A stretch of DNA of 63,312 nt, filler included, from Chiloscyllium plagiosum (lineage: Eukaryota), in the NCBI RefSeq assembly GCF_004010195.1. It is 3 parts of one record of this genome, joined end to end, with 100 filler letters (N's around TTAATTAATTAA, not from the genome) between each part and the next. Parts side by side here need not be neighbours in the genome. Positions count along the whole stretch, not along the records: positions 41,173 to 63,312 come from NC_057712.1; 2 more parts are not named here. The stretch is one strand, 5' to 3'. The notes beneath the pieces are model-generated. The model had not been told where the DNA came from, did no database searches, and was given only the letters and a program-made list of their open reading frames with translations. Shown here piece by piece: positions 62,451 through 63,312 of this stretch (the stretch's first letter is position 1; the number at the start of each line of letters is the position of its first letter). Made by a program: the position numbers and the translations under genes.

Positions 62451-62491
62451 TGAACCTTCCAGCTCAGCGAGCAAACCTACATCCAGAACCT

Positions 62492-63312
62492 CAATATTGA
62501 CGGGAAATGCTGTAACTCTAGTATGTCGGATGGATCAGTGTTTGTCCACTGTGAACAGGAGGGTTTCCTGACACAGTATGTCAAAGGGCCGACAAGAGGG
62601 GAGGTCACACTGGGTCTGGTGCTTGGTAATGAACCAGGCCAGGTCATAGAGTCATAGAGTCATAGAGATGTACAGCACGGAAACAGACCCTTCGGTCCAA
62701 CCCGTCCATGCCGACCAGATATCCCAACCCAATCTAGTCCCACCTGCCAGCACCCAGCCCATATCCCTCCAAACCCTTCCTATTCATATACCCATCCAAA
62801 TGCCTCTTAAATGTTGTAATTGTACCAGCCTCCACCACATCCTCTGGCAGCTCATTCCATACACGTACCACCCTCTGTGTGAAACAGTTGCTCCTTAGAT
62901 TTCTTTTATATCTTTCCCCTCTCACCCTAAACCTATACCCTCTAGTTTCAGGGTGCTTGATTTAGTGGTAGGTGAGCACTTTGGGGATGTAGACAATTGA
63001 AATGTGGAGCTGGTTTAAGGAACAGATATTGCGTGTCCTTGATAGGTATGTCCCTGTCAGGCAGGGAGGAAGTGATAAGGTAAGGGAACCGTGGTTTACG
63101 ACAGAAATTGTATCTCTCGTTAAGTGGAAGAAGGAGGCTTATGTGTTGATGAGGCAAGATGGTACAGATCAGCTGGGAAGGATTTAAAGAGAGAGTTAAG
63201 AAGAGCAAAGAGAGGACACGAGCAGTCTTTAGCAAATAGAATAAAGGAGAACCCTAAAGCTTTCTATAGGTATGTGAGGAATAAAAGGATGATTAGGGTA
63301 GGAATAGGGCCA
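62492..63312 (+). mobile_element. Continuation of the CR1 ORF2, interrupted by an antisense HER1 3' fragment at about 62645-62947
   Basis: NID...QEGFLTQYVKGPTRGEVTLGLVLGNEPGQV, later MWSWFKEQIL...PWFT...KENPKAFYRYV. Confidence 0.85.

Larger units (their letters stand above)
60999..62491 (+). mobile_element. Penelope element 3' part (RT C-terminus, GIY-YIG endonuclease, terminal repeat), split by a CR1 insertion at about 61240-61780
   Basis: VYRKTTHTDQIL remnant at about 61085. GYPMNTVHRFL...LPYIKDISE...VIYKIPCEDCHKHYIGQTGRKLATRIHEH (GIY-YIG). Confidence 0.9.

Overview
This is vertebrate genomic DNA, almost certainly from a cartilaginous fish (shark). That is inferred from HE1-type V-SINEs and HER1/CR1 LINEs; the window also has many assembly gaps. 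Three spliced genes can be rebuilt by hand. (1) A complete 6-exon TRIM gene (+ strand, RING/B-box/coiled-coil/PRY-SPRY, about 465 aa, 14876-23479). (2) A convergent, 5'-incomplete butyrophilin-like gene (- strand, IgC exon + 39-nt exon + 27-nt exon + B30.2 exon, 26504-33694) that appears to have NO transmembrane exon. (3) Four near-C-terminal exons of an axonemal dynein heavy chain most like DNAH14 (- strand, 34810-43959). The rest is CR1/HER1, Rex/Babar-like and Penelope retroelement fragments, SINEs and several large minisatellites, including a 4.6-kb GGG(A)(C/T)T hexamer array. The most notable items are the apparently soluble Ig-B30.2 butyrophilin-like protein and several minimal hammerhead-ribozyme motifs in Penelope-derived termini. 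One of these lies in an 88-bp-arm palindromic mini-element with a target-site duplication. Coordinates of degenerate repeats are approximate.
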